Origin: an uncultured Candidatus Rokubacteria bacterium
GTDB taxonomy: Bacteria; Methylomirabilota; Methylomirabilia; Rokubacteriales; CSP1-6
Assembly: GCA_963771355.1 (NCBI GenBank)
Contig: CAVYTA010000006.1
Coordinates: forward strand, 2,112,001-2,176,000
Length of the DNA stretch: 64,000 bases
Direction: 5' to 3'
Each line of letters begins with the position of its first letter. Position 1 is the stretch's first letter. The notes under the pieces are model-generated. The model was not told where the DNA came from, searched no databases, and saw only the letters and a list, made by a program, of their open reading frames with translations. Shown here piece by piece: positions 49,187 through 59,121 of this stretch. A program made the position numbers and the translations under genes.

Positions 49187-50288
49187 GGCCCACCTTCAGC
49201 TGGTGGCTCAGGAGGTCACCCACGCAGGCCAGCACGGTCTCGGGCAGGCCCGAGAGCGGCACCATGGCGTCCACGCAGCCCATGTCCGCCGCCGCCCGTG
49301 GCATCCCGTACACCACGGAGGAGGCCTCGTCCTGTGCGATCACGATGCCGCCGCTCTTGCGGATGGCGGCGGCTCCCAGCGCGGCGTCGCGGCCCATGCC
49401 GGTGAGCACCACCCCGATGGCGAGCGGTCCCGCGTGCTCCGCCACCGAGGTCATGGCGAGGTCGGCCGAGGGCGAGTCCTCCGAGGGGAGCTGGGCGGGC
49501 CGAAGCATCACCTCACCGCGCGGCCCCACCGTGAGATGCTGCGAGCCCGGGCACACGCTCACCACGCCGCGGGCGAGATGATCGCCGGCGGCCGCCTCCC
49601 GCACCGTGATGCTGGAGCGCTCGCCGAGCAGGCGCGCGAGGGCCTGGGTGTACGGCGCCGGCATGTGCTGCACCACCAGCACCGCCGCGGGCAACTCCCG
49701 CGGCATCTCGGGGATGAGCCCGAGGAGGGCGGCGGGCCCGCCGGTAGACGCGGCGATCACCACGCAGGGGGTCCAGCCGTCGGAGCCGGCCGACATCGCG
49801 AAGGCGGCGAGTCCCGGATGCGAAGCGCCCGCCGGCCTCTCGCCCGGGCGCACGGCGGTGATCCGGGCCGGGCGCACGCGGGCCGCGGCCAGGATCTTCC
49901 GGACGATCTCGCTGGCGAGCGCGGCCAGCCCCGGGTCCACGCCCCAGGATGGCTTGGCCACCACGTCCACCGCGCCCGCCTCCATCGCGCGAATGGCCGC
50001 CTCGCCGCCCTCGGGCGTGGTCGCGCTCATGACCACCACGGGAATCGGATGCACGGCCATCACCCGGCCAATGGTGTCGATGGCGTCGCTGGCGTCCATG
50101 CCGACGTCGATCACGATCACGTCCGGCAGGCGCCGCGTCAGTGCGCGCAGCACCTGGTCGGCGTCCGCGGCCATCCCCACCACCTCGAGCCGAGAATCCG
50201 CCGTCAGCGTGCGGCGCAGCGCGCCCCGCATGGCGCGGGAATCGCCCGCCACCAGCACCCGCACCGGCGCCGCCGCGGGCGCGGTCAC
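49176..50288 (-). CDS. cheB: Chemotaxis methylesterase CheB (REC + esterase)
   Basis: Catalytic ASTGGP, VQHMP and LTGMGRD motifs, QDE.SSVVYGMP, and an N-terminal receiver. Confidence 0.92.
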   Translation of the reverse strand: MTAPAAAPVRVLVAGDSRAMRGALRRTLTADSRLEVVGMAADADQVLRALTRRLPDVIVIDVGMDASDAIDTIGRVMAVHPIPVVVMSATTPEGGEAAIRAMEAGAVDVVAKPSWGVDPGLAALASEIVRKILAAARVRPARITAVRPGERPAGASHPGLAAFAMSAGSDGWTPCVVIAASTGGPAALLGLIPEMPRELPAAVLVVQHMPAPYTQALARLLGERSSITVREAAAGDHLARGVVSVCPGSQHLTVGPRGEVMLRPAQLPSEDSPSADLAMTSVAEHAGPLAIGVVLTGMGRDAALGAAAIRKSGGIVIAQDEASSVVYGMPRAAADMGCVDAMVPLSGLPETVLACVGDLLSHQLKVGHAS

Positions 50289-53062
50289 CGCGCGCCTCCC
50301 CCCGGAGTACGCGCGGAGGCCAGCCCCGCGACGAGCGCCACGAACGCGCGCTCGTCCACCGGTTTCGTGACGTAGTGCTCCACCCCCAGCCGGCGCGCGA
50401 GCTCCAGATGCTTCTCCCCCGCCCGCGTGGTGAGAATGACCACCGGGATCGCCCGCGTCTCGGGGCGGCGGCGGAGATCCTGGACGAGCTCGAAACCGTT
50501 GACCCGCGGCATCTCGAGATCGGTGACCACGACGTCCACCATGGTGTCGGCGAGGAGGTTCAGCGCCTCGCCGCCGTCCGCCGCCATCCGCACCTCGAAG
50601 CCCGCGCGCTCGAGCATGAGCCCCACGAACTTCCGCACGCTCAGCGAGTCGTCCACCAGGAGCACGCGCGGCGCCTCGCGCGGCGGGGCGCCCGGCCGGA
50701 TCGGCACCGGACGCGGCGCGCCGACCCTCGGCGCATCCCCGCGCCGCGTCTCGGCGAGCCGCGTGGGGTCGAGCAGCAGGATGACCCGGCCCTCGCCGGA
50801 GACCGTCGCGCCCGACCAGGGACCGGCGCCGTCGAGGAAGGCGCCCAGGCCCTTGATGACGATCTCGGACTTGCCGAGCAGCTCGTCCACCACCGCCGCC
50901 ACCAGCCGGCGGCCCGCCCGGAGCGCCACCACCGAGAGCCGCCGGCCCGGCGGGTCACCCGCCACCTCGAGGACCCGGTCGAGCCGGAGCAGGGGGAGAT
51001 CCTGTCCCTCGATCGCCACCGTCTCGCCGTCCGGACCCGTCCGGATCTCGTCCGGACGCGCGGAGTACAGCCCGCGGATCGCGGTCACCGGGATGGCGAG
51101 CTCCACCGCTCCCACGCGCACCCCCAGCGCCTCGCCGATCAACACGGTGAGGGGCAGCTTGAGCGTGAAGCGCGTGCCGACCCCCACCTCGGTCTCGATG
51201 TCGATCTCGCCGCCGAGCCGGCGGACATTGGTCCGCACCACGTCCATGCCCACGCCGCGGCCCGCCGCGGACGTGGCCACCTCCGCGGTGCTGAAGCCCG
51301 GCAGGAACACGAGGTCGAGCGCCTCGCGCTCGCTCAGGTAGGCGGCCGCCACCGCGTCCAGAAAGCCGCCGCGGACGGCGCTGGCCCGGAGCCGATCCGT
51401 GTCGAGGCCCCGCCCATCGTCCTCCACCTCCACGTACACCACGCCGCCCACGTGATAGGCGCGGAGGGACACGGTGCCATGCTCGGCCTTGCCTCGCCCG
51501 CTACGCTCGGCCGCGGGCTCCAGCCCGTGGAACACCGCGTTCTGCACGAGGTGCAGCAGCGGGTCGGCGATCTGCTCGATGATGGTGTTGTCGAGCTCGA
51601 CGCCCTCGCCCGCCACCTCGAGGTCCACCATCTTGCCGGAGGCCCGCGCGAGCTCCCGAACCTGGCGGGCGTGTCGGGCGAATAGCCGGCCGATGGGGAC
51701 CATGCGCGAGCGCGTGATGTCGCTTCGGAGTCGCCCGGTGAGGCGCTGCACCTGGGCGGTGTCCTCACGGATGGTGCGAACCAGGCCGGCGAGCTGGGTC
51801 TGCACCTCGGCCACGTCGGCGGACACCTCCGCCACGCGACGGGAGAGGATGTTGAAATCGTCGTAGCGGTCGAACTCCAGCTCCTCGAAGTTGTGGAGGA
51901 AGGCGCCCGGGTGCGGCTCCGCGGGCGGCGCCCCCGCCCCGCCGCTCGACCCGTGGGCGGCCGGCACGGCGGCCAGCTGCGTGTAGCCGTGCTTGCCCTC
52001 GAAGGTCTGCACGGCCTGCGCCATGCGCGAGCGGCTCCAGAGGAGGAGCTCGCCCACCCGGTCGAGCTGGGTGAGGTGGTCGTCCATGCGTGAGCGCGCG
52101 ATGACCAGCTCACCCACCAGATTCATCAGCGAGTCGAGCCGCTCCACGCTCACGCGGATGCTGGCGCGCGCGGACGGCGCCGCGCTCCACGCCGCCACCG
52201 CGGGCTCCATGGCCTCCGCGGTCGACGCGGTGTCGGCGGGGTCCGCCCCGGCCAGGGCCGGCTCCGCCGTAGTCGCCGCGGGAGCGCCCAGCGCGGCCTC
52301 GACGAGGGCGCGGGCGCGCGTCACCGAGGACTCGAGCCCGGCCGGACGCTCGGTGGCGGCGGCGAGCATGAGGCGCACGGCGTCGGCGCTGGCGAACACG
52401 GCCTCCACCGTGGCGGGCGTGAAGCGCCGCCGGCCCTCGCGCACCGCCACGAGGAGATCCTCCACGCGGTGGGCGAAGTCCCCGATGGTGGGACAGCCTA
52501 CCGTGTAGGCGGCGCCCTTGAGGGTGTGGAAGGCGCGGAACAGCGTCGCCACCTCGGCGTCGGGGTGGGCGCCGCGCTCGAGCGCCAGCAGCGCGTGGGT
52601 GATGGTCTCGAGATGCTCGATCGCCTCCGGGCCGAAATACTCGAGGACATCCCCGTTCTCGGCATAGAACCGGGCCAGCTCGTCGAGCACCCGCCCGCCC
52701 GCGCCCGGAGGGGGCGCGGCTTCCGGCTCGGCGGGCGGCACCGTCTCCGGCCCCACCCGCTCCAGCAACTCGCGCAGCCGCACCACCGCGTGGTCGAGCC
52801 CGTCGGCGAACGGGCTGCGCTCCTCCGGGGCCAGGCTCTGCACGTGCTCCAGCATCGCCTCCAGCTCGGCCGCTTCCGCGGCCAGCTCCGGGAAGCCGTG
52901 CAGCGCGGCGGCGCCGCGGAGCCGGTGGGTCACCACCAGCAGGGGCTCGACGTCACCGCCTTCACGCAGACTGCCGGCGCCTTCCTCGAGGGTGGACACG
53001 GTGTCCCACGCCTCCATGAGGAAGATGCTCAGCAAGAACTCGCGATCCGGGTGCTCCGTCAT
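50285..53062 (-). CDS. cheA: CheA/ChpA-like hybrid histidine kinase (2 Hpt, dimerisation, HATPase, CheW, REC)
   Basis: HRLRGAA and HTLKGAA Hpt motifs, IRV..ERLD.LMNLVGEL, DPLLHL..NA..HG, DDGRG, FLPGFST, GRGVGMDVV, and C-terminal DLEMP receiver. Confidence 0.93.
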   Translation of the reverse strand: MTEHPDREFLLSIFLMEAWDTVSTLEEGAGSLREGGDVEPLLVVTHRLRGAAALHGFPELAAEAAELEAMLEHVQSLAPEERSPFADGLDHAVVRLRELLERVGPETVPPAEPEAAPPPGAGGRVLDELARFYAENGDVLEYFGPEAIEHLETITHALLALERGAHPDAEVATLFRAFHTLKGAAYTVGCPTIGDFAHRVEDLLVAVREGRRRFTPATVEAVFASADAVRLMLAAATERPAGLESSVTRARALVEAALGAPAATTAEPALAGADPADTASTAEAMEPAVAAWSAAPSARASIRVSVERLDSLMNLVGELVIARSRMDDHLTQLDRVGELLLWSRSRMAQAVQTFEGKHGYTQLAAVPAAHGSSGGAGAPPAEPHPGAFLHNFEELEFDRYDDFNILSRRVAEVSADVAEVQTQLAGLVRTIREDTAQVQRLTGRLRSDITRSRMVPIGRLFARHARQVRELARASGKMVDLEVAGEGVELDNTIIEQIADPLLHLVQNAVFHGLEPAAERSGRGKAEHGTVSLRAYHVGGVVYVEVEDDGRGLDTDRLRASAVRGGFLDAVAAAYLSEREALDLVFLPGFSTAEVATSAAGRGVGMDVVRTNVRRLGGEIDIETEVGVGTRFTLKLPLTVLIGEALGVRVGAVELAIPVTAIRGLYSARPDEIRTGPDGETVAIEGQDLPLLRLDRVLEVAGDPPGRRLSVVALRAGRRLVAAVVDELLGKSEIVIKGLGAFLDGAGPWSGATVSGEGRVILLLDPTRLAETRRGDAPRVGAPRPVPIRPGAPPREAPRVLLVDDSLSVRKFVGLMLERAGFEVRMAADGGEALNLLADTMVDVVVTDLEMPRVNGFELVQDLRRRPETRAIPVVILTTRAGEKHLELARRLGVEHYVTKPVDERAFVALVAGLASARTPGGGAR

Positions 53063-53084
53063 CGTCGCCCTGGGATTCGCCCGC

Positions 53085-54983
53085 TCAGGCCGCCAGCTTG
53101 AATCGGGACAGGGTCTGGGTGAGCTCCTCGGCCAGCCGCACCAGGTCCTCCACCGTCTTCCGGGTCTGGAGGACCCCCTGCTCGGTCTGGAGCGCCACCC
53201 CCGCGATGGCCTGCACGGCGACGCCGACGTGCTCGGCGCCCTTGACCTGCTCCTGCGCGGTCACCGAGATGTCCTGGGCCAGCCCGGCCGAGCGCTTCGA
53301 CACGTTGGCGATCTCGCGCAAGCTCTCGCCGGCCTGGGTGGTGACTCGATACCCGGTCTCGACCTCCCGGGTCCCCTCCTCCATGGCGATCACCGCCTGC
53401 TGGGTCTCGGACTGGAAGTTCTTGATGAGAACGGCGATGTCGCGGGTGGCCTTGGCCGACCGCTCCGCCAGCTTCCGCACCTCGTCGGCGACGACGGCGA
53501 ACCGGAGACCGGCCTCACCCGCGCCGGCCGCCTCGATGGCGGCGTTGAGCGCGAGCAAGTTGGTCTGCGCCGCGATGTCGTCGATGGTGTTGACGATCTC
53601 GGAGATCTCGAGCGAGCGGTCGCCGAGATTCTTGATCTTCTTGGAGATGCCCTGCACCTCGTTCCGGATCCGCTGCATGCTGTCGAGGCTTCGCTGCACC
53701 GCCTGCTCACCCTGCTGGGCGGCGTCGAGGCCCTGCCGGGCGGCGCGGGCGGAGTCCTCCGCGGTACCGGCCACGCGCCGGACCGAGGTGCCGAGCTGGT
53801 CCACGTTACCGGTGGCCTGCATGGCGTCGCGCGCCTGCGCCCGCGCGCCCGTCTCGATTTGCCCCATGGACACGATCATCTCGCTGGCGCTCGCCGACAC
53901 GTGATGCGCGGCCTGGCGCACGTCCAGCAGGAGGTGGCCGATCTCGCCCACCATGACGTTGATGGCGTCCACCACGCTGCCGAGCACATCGGAGGTCACG
54001 TCGCCCCGCTTGGTGAGGTCCCCATGGGAGACCTCCATGGCCACGTCGAGGAAGCGCGTGATGTTGGCCTGCAGGTCCTGGCGCTGCCGACGCTCGGCGT
54101 CGCGCTCGGCCACCGTCTGCACCAGCGAGCGGAGGCGGACGATGGAGTCGTTGAAGGTGGAGGCGAGCTGACCGAGCTCGTCGCGCGACTGGACCGGGGC
54201 GAGCTTGGAAAGGTCGCCCTTACCAACCTGCTCCGCCACCCGCACCAGCTGCCGGATGGGCCGCGTGATGCGCCGGGCGAAGACCACCGCCGCCAGCACC
54301 GCCGCCACCGCGAAGCCGCCGAAGGTCAGGAGGAGGGTGGAGCCGGCCTGCGCGGCGGCGGCGGTGATGATGGTCTTGTCCATGCCCACGCGCACGGTGC
54401 CGAGCTGGCCCGCGAGCACCGGTACCGCGATGTCGATGACCTCCCGCTCCCCGCGTCCGGCGGGATCCTGGTAGCGAACCTCCTGCACCTTCTGCGCCCA
54501 ATCACCCGGCACGAGGTTCTGATCCACCAGCCCGGGCGGCACCAGGGGCGCGAAGGTGTGGGCGATGAGGGTCCGCTGCTGGTCGTACACCATGACGTAG
54601 GCCACGCCGCTGATGCCGGCCACCTGGTCCACCTGCGCCTGCACGGTGGAGGCGTCGCGGGTGAGGACGAGGTCCACCGCGGTGTTGGCGAGGCCTCTGG
54701 CGATCGCCGAGCCCTTGGACGTGAATTCCTCGGTGAGGTTGGTCCGGAGCGACTGCACCGAGATCGTCCAGGTGAGCGCCGCGAGGGGAACCAGGATGAG
54801 AAGCAGGAACGCCATGATCTTGGCGAGGAGGCCGAATCGGCCCGACCATCGGAACCCGCCCTCGGAACGACTCGTCCGCGGGGGCGACGGCTCCACCGGC
54901 GGATCACTTGTGACTGGGACGGCGGCCGCCGCCGCGCGCCCCTGCTCCCTCTTGATCCGCTCCCACTCCGTCATCGCTGCCAT
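53085..54983 (-). CDS. Methyl-accepting chemotaxis protein (PilJ-like)
   Basis: Two TMs flanking a ~130 aa periplasmic domain, HAMP (P...L.......GDL...DELG.L...FN), and signalling tip [36 protein letters not shown]. Confidence 0.93.
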   Translation of the reverse strand: MAAMTEWERIKREQGRAAAAAVPVTSDPPVEPSPPRTSRSEGGFRWSGRFGLLAKIMAFLLLILVPLAALTWTISVQSLRTNLTEEFTSKGSAIARGLANTAVDLVLTRDASTVQAQVDQVAGISGVAYVMVYDQQRTLIAHTFAPLVPPGLVDQNLVPGDWAQKVQEVRYQDPAGRGEREVIDIAVPVLAGQLGTVRVGMDKTIITAAAAQAGSTLLLTFGGFAVAAVLAAVVFARRITRPIRQLVRVAEQVGKGDLSKLAPVQSRDELGQLASTFNDSIVRLRSLVQTVAERDAERRQRQDLQANITRFLDVAMEVSHGDLTKRGDVTSDVLGSVVDAINVMVGEIGHLLLDVRQAAHHVSASASEMIVSMGQIETGARAQARDAMQATGNVDQLGTSVRRVAGTAEDSARAARQGLDAAQQGEQAVQRSLDSMQRIRNEVQGISKKIKNLGDRSLEISEIVNTIDDIAAQTNLLALNAAIEAAGAGEAGLRFAVVADEVRKLAERSAKATRDIAVLIKNFQSETQQAVIAMEEGTREVETGYRVTTQAGESLREIANVSKRSAGLAQDISVTAQEQVKGAEHVGVAVQAIAGVALQTEQGVLQTRKTVEDLVRLAEELTQTLSRFKLAA

Positions 54984-54998
54984 TGCCGGTCCTCCTCG

Positions 54999-56324
54999 CT
55001 ATGCCTTGGCGGCGGCGTTCCAGTCCTGGACCGGAACCCAGCGGCCGTTCTCGACGCGGGTGAAGTAGACGCTGTCCAGCCCCTGATGACGCTCGGGCCC
55101 GAAGTTGAGCGGGGCGGCGATGCCCAGGTCCACGTTCCGCATCCCCTCGAGCGCCTGCCGGAGGGCGACGCGCGTGGGAGCCGGGCCCGCACGGCGCAGC
55201 GCTTCCACGATCACCTTGGCGTTCACGTAGCCCTCGAGGCTGATGAAGCTGAACTTCTGCGGGGCGTACTTGGGATCGCGGAGGCTCTCCGGCACGGTGG
55301 GCTTGTGACGCTCCATGAGGGCGCGGTACTCCACCACCGCGGGCAGCGTGAGGTCGTCGTAGCTCGGCACCACCTGCGAGTTGACGAGGCCGGTGGTGTA
55401 CTCGCGGCCGGATGTCTTGCCGTGCTGGACGAGCAGGGCGAGCATGGCGTCCGAGCCGACGAAGGAGACGTTGGCGATCGGCACACTCCAGCCGAGATCG
55501 CGCGCGGTGCGCACGAAGGCCCCGCAGCCCTGGTAGGCTCCGGTGCAGAGGACCACGTCCACCCCCGCGCGGCGCAGCTCGCCCACCGCGGGGCTCATGT
55601 CCTCCTCGAACTTCGCGCCGCGCGTGTAGGTCGCCTCCGCCACGATCCGCGCGTTGCGCAGGGCGAGCCCCCGGGCCACGCCGTCGGTGCCGCTGCGGCC
55701 GTACGCGTCCACCTGGTAGTAGACGCCGAACTTGCGGGCCCCCTGCTCCCAGAAGCGGTCGACGAGCGCCATCATCTCCTGGCGATAGGAGGCGCGGATG
55801 TTGAAGACGTGCTCGCCGTACGGCGCCTCGCGCTGCGGCTGCGCCCCGGTGAAGTTCCCCACCAGGATCACCTGCTGGGCGGCATAGCGCTTGATGAGGG
55901 GCAGCGCGCGGGTGAGGGTGGGCGTGCCCACGTAGTTCGACAGGAAGAAGACGTTCTCCTTCTCGATGAGCTGGAGCGTGTTGCGGATGCACGGGATGGG
56001 CTCGTAGCCGTCGTCGATGGCCATCACGCCGATCGAGCGGCCGTGCACTCCGCCCCGGGAGTTGATCTCGTCGTAGTAGGCCTGCGCCCCCCGGTAGAAC
56101 TCGGTACCCAGACCCGCGGCGGTGCCCTTGAAGGCGGCGCTCATCCCGATGCGGATGTCCTTGGCAGAAACGCCGGGAACACTGGCGGCGGGGATCTCGG
56201 GCGCCCCCGGGCGCGCCGGCGGGGCCGGCTTGATCGCCTGCGCCCAGCCGGACGTGGCTCCACTGCTCACCATCCCGCCGGTGAGCCCTGCCGAGAGAAG
56301 TCGAAGCACCGTGCGCCGCTTCAT
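54999..56324 (-). CDS. Periplasmic solute-binding protein (type I, Liv-like) with twin-arginine signal
   Basis: MKRRTVL signal; IRIGMSA...G, N..GGV.GR, DDGYEP, VGTP, RASY..E and EGY..A motifs. No permease or ATPase nearby. Confidence 0.88.
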   Translation of the reverse strand: MKRRTVLRLLSAGLTGGMVSSGATSGWAQAIKPAPPARPGAPEIPAASVPGVSAKDIRIGMSAAFKGTAAGLGTEFYRGAQAYYDEINSRGGVHGRSIGVMAIDDGYEPIPCIRNTLQLIEKENVFFLSNYVGTPTLTRALPLIKRYAAQQVILVGNFTGAQPQREAPYGEHVFNIRASYRQEMMALVDRFWEQGARKFGVYYQVDAYGRSGTDGVARGLALRNARIVAEATYTRGAKFEEDMSPAVGELRRAGVDVVLCTGAYQGCGAFVRTARDLGWSVPIANVSFVGSDAMLALLVQHGKTSGREYTTGLVNSQVVPSYDDLTLPAVVEYRALMERHKPTVPESLRDPKYAPQKFSFISLEGYVNAKVIVEALRRAGPAPTRVALRQALEGMRNVDLGIAAPLNFGPERHQGLDSVYFTRVENGRWVPVQDWNAAAKA

Positions 56325-56342
56325 CCGTCGCCTCCTTGGCTC

Positions 56343-56828
56343 CTAGTGGTTCCCGGCCGTCCGGGGCGCGCCGGTGAGCGCGGCCCGAAGGGCCTCGAGC
56401 ACCGCGCCCGCGTCGAGCACCGTCACTTCACCCGCCGTCCCCGCCGCCACTCCGGCCGCGAGTCGACCCCAGCGCCGCCGGGCCGGCTCTCCCAGCGGAG
56501 ACGGCGTCCCGAGGGGCTCGAGGCCGAGCACGGCGTCGATCGCCGCCGCCGCCGCCCACGGACCGTGGGCGAGGACGATGCCGAGCGTCTGCCGCGCCGG
56601 CTCGCGGGCCGGCAGGCCCAGCAGCGGCCCCAGGTCCACGATCGGCATCACCGCCCCGCGGAGATTGGCCAGTCCCATCAGAAAGGGCGGGGCCAGCGGC
56701 ACCGGGGTGAGGCCGTCGAAGACGACCACCTCCCGAGCCTGGCCCACCTCCACCGCGAAGCGCGATCCCGCGAGCATGAACACGCACGCCCGGGCGCCGG
56801 TGGGCCGTTCGACGACGGCCTCGCTCAT
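56343..56828 (-). CDS. cheW: CheW adaptor protein
   Basis: F.L....FAV.....REV, TPVP.AP....GL.NLRG...PIVDL motifs. Confidence 0.9.
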   Translation of the reverse strand: MSEAVVERPTGARACVFMLAGSRFAVEVGQAREVVVFDGLTPVPLAPPFLMGLANLRGAVMPIVDLGPLLGLPAREPARQTLGIVLAHGPWAAAAAIDAVLGLEPLGTPSPLGEPARRRWGRLAAGVAAGTAGEVTVLDAGAVLEALRAALTGAPRTAGNH

Positions 56829-56835
56829 CGCGCCG

Positions 56836-57198
56836 CTACCGCGCGAAGCGGCGCACGGCCTCGAGAAGCTGCTCCGCCGTGAAGGGCTTGCCGAGATACT
56901 CGTCCGCCCCCTGCCGCTTGCCCCACACCCGGTCGCTTTCCTGGTTCTTCGAGCTGACCACCACCACCGGGGTGTCCTTGGTCCGCCCGTCGCGCTTGAT
57001 GCTGCGGAGGATCTCGTAGCCGTTGCGCTTGGGCATGACGATGTCGAGCAGCAGCACGTCGGGCTGCTCCTCGGCGACTTTGTCCTCCAGACGATCGCCG
57101 TCGATCAACGTGACCACCTTGTGGCCGGCGCTCCGGAGAATGCCTTCCATCATCGTCAGCTCGGAATACGCGTCATCGACGACCATCACCTTGCCCAT
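56836..57198 (-). CDS. Single-domain response regulator (CheY/PilH-like)
   Basis: VVDD, LLDIVMP..NGY, SSKNQESDR.WG.RQGA..Y..KPF motifs (PilH-like). SD GGAGG upstream. Confidence 0.9.
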   Translation of the reverse strand: MGKVMVVDDAYSELTMMEGILRSAGHKVVTLIDGDRLEDKVAEEQPDVLLLDIVMPKRNGYEILRSIKRDGRTKDTPVVVVSSKNQESDRVWGKRQGADEYLGKPFTAEQLLEAVRRFAR

Positions 57199-57290
57199 CG
57201 CGGTTCGATTCCTCCCTCTCTTTCGGGTGCGCGCGGCCTGCTGGCGGAGCCCGGACGGGGCTGGACAGAGACCCAACCGCCCGGAAAGTC

Positions 57291-57307
57291 TGCAAGGCCG
57301 GGGCCAG
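57291..57307 (-). promoter_or_regulatory. Putative sigma54 promoter for the chemosensory-mgl-pilB operon
   Basis: Minus strand cTGGCcccggccTTGCA gives GG-N10-GC with TTGCA, about 90 bp upstream of the first ATG. Confidence 0.55.
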
Positions 57308-57552
57308 TGGTGTACGCGGACGCCGGCGCGGCGCCGCCGGCGCTCCCGGCGGAAGCGGTGATGCCCGTTTGGCCAATGACGGCGGGGGCTTTTCGAAGCG
57401 GCGGGGGGACGGCGGGTGGGCGTCCCGCGCCGGGCCCGCTGACACTCAGGGGCAAGGAACCTTACAATCGCGGAATGCGCGTCGCGGCGCCGACACTGTC
57501 AGTGGCGCTGACGTCAGCATCACGACAGCGAAAGGGCGGCGCGCCTACAAAC

Positions 57553-59049
57553 CTAAAAGTTCTCTACCCTCCGCCCCCTCGAGTACTCGAATCCGAGCCA
57601 CAGGAGGAAGAAGAGCGCCAGCTGCATGGAGGCCGCGTGGAAGAGGGGGAGGAGCTCGTCGGACACCAGCTCGAAGCCGTAGCCGACCGCCATGATCGCG
57701 GTGAGGAGCGCCATCTCCACCAGCCGGAGAGGATCCGCGCGGCCGTGCTGCCAGGGCAGGAGCACCAGCAGCACCAGGAAGGAGTAGTAGTAGCCGGTGA
57801 GCGAGAGGGCGCAGAAGACGAGCGGCACCGCGTACATCACGCTCTCGAGGTGCCCGGCGCGGAGGATCAACGGCAGGGCGGCGAGGAAGTAGAGCCCCGA
57901 GGCGAGGGCGATGGTGCGCCCGGACGGGCGCGCGGCCAGCAGCGCGTCGTGGGCCACGTACACGCGCCCATCCGGCCCCTGGCTCCAGGGCGCGGTGTGC
58001 GCGGCGATGAGCGGGCCCAGACCCACCGTGTTGACGAAGCCGGCCTCGCGGTGTCGCTGGATCTTGACGCCGTACTCGCGAAGATGCGATCGCTCGTCTC
58101 CCGCCGCCGCCACTCCGATCACGGCGAGCCCGAGCACCACCGCCGCCGCCGCGAGACCGCGTGACAGCACGGGGTCTCGAGCCCCGCCGAGCCGCCCCTG
58201 CAGCCACTTCACCGCGAGCGGCAAGAGGAACAGCACGGGGAAGATGCGCGCCAGCACCGCATAGCCGAGCAGCGCCCCCGCCGCGATCCCCCGGCCGCGC
58301 GCGTAGAGGGAGAGACCGGCGAGCAGGGCGGCGATCCAGTCCCAGCGCAGGATCGAGCCTCCGATGAAGTCGAAGCGGGCGAGCGAGCTCAGGAAGAAGA
58401 AGGCCCCCGCGAGGGCGGCGGGGAGCTCGCCGAAGCCCCAGCGGACGGCCACGAACGCCGCCGCGAGGAGAAGATAGTCTACCGAGCTGAGCGCGGTGAC
58501 GACGACGGCATTCGCGGGGACCTCGCGCAGGAGAAGATGGAGGAGCAGCGCCCGCGGCGGAGGGTCGTTGTAGCCATGGTCTTGCAACAGTCCCCGCCAC
58601 TCGTTGATGTGCGGCCCCCAGTAGGTGAGGTCCCGCTTGAACGCCTCCCAGCGCTCGGGGCGGAAGCGGCTCCGCACCGCCGACCGGTCGATGGAAATCG
58701 CGTCGCGAAGGGTGTACGTCTCGAGGTCACGGAGGTGGGTGACGTAGTCGAAGGCCCCCAGCTCGCGCCCGGCGACATAGGTGGCCTCGTAGAGCCGCGT
58801 ATAGCCGAGCTCGGGCAGGTACTTCGCCCCCATGAAGTAGTGGAAGGCGTCCCAGTAGTGCACGTGGCCCCGGCCGGGATGGAAGAAGCCGAAGTTCACG
58901 AAGCCCAGCGCGGCGACCGCGAGCAGGGCGAGGACGAGCAGCCGCAGCCGGCGTGACACGGGCCGGCCCCGGGCGAGCAAGAGGAACACCGTGGCGAGCA
59001 GCACGAGCAGGAGCAGCCGCGCGAGACGGAAGAACTGATACGAGCTCAT
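57553..59049 (-). CDS. Multi-pass membrane protein, probable GT-C (GT87-like) glycosyltransferase
   Basis: About 10 TM segments, with a large first loop carrying WDAFHYF.GAKY..ELGY..LY and GYN.PP, plus R.FP. Confidence 0.6.
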   Translation of the reverse strand: MSSYQFFRLARLLLLVLLATVFLLLARGRPVSRRLRLLVLALLAVAALGFVNFGFFHPGRGHVHYWDAFHYFMGAKYLPELGYTRLYEATYVAGRELGAFDYVTHLRDLETYTLRDAISIDRSAVRSRFRPERWEAFKRDLTYWGPHINEWRGLLQDHGYNDPPPRALLLHLLLREVPANAVVVTALSSVDYLLLAAAFVAVRWGFGELPAALAGAFFFLSSLARFDFIGGSILRWDWIAALLAGLSLYARGRGIAAGALLGYAVLARIFPVLFLLPLAVKWLQGRLGGARDPVLSRGLAAAAVVLGLAVIGVAAAGDERSHLREYGVKIQRHREAGFVNTVGLGPLIAAHTAPWSQGPDGRVYVAHDALLAARPSGRTIALASGLYFLAALPLILRAGHLESVMYAVPLVFCALSLTGYYYSFLVLLVLLPWQHGRADPLRLVEMALLTAIMAVGYGFELVSDELLPLFHAASMQLALFFLLWLGFEYSRGRRVENF

Positions 59050-59121
59050 GGGGCTGGGGCGAGTCTAGCAAGGCCCGCGCGAAGCCGAGAGGAATCGCGA
59101 CCGCCGGCGCGTTTCACCACC

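Noticed and set aside
52992..56882. 1296-aa plus-strand ORF, and other long antisense ORFs such as 1956..3959, 10469..12670, 34262..36388 and 41965..44064
   Set aside because: They are shadows of well-supported genes on the opposite strand, with no recognisable motifs. Such ORFs are expected at this GC content and codon bias.
57199..57220. GGTTCGATTCC resembling a tRNA T-loop or integration-site remnant
   Set aside because: There is no T-stem or cloverleaf. It is the reverse complement of the SD and spacer of the response regulator gene.
57199..57552. c-di-GMP or other riboswitch upstream of the chemosensory operon
   Set aside because: I could not match the conserved GEMM elements or a terminator by eye. 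An Rfam/Infernal scan would be needed.
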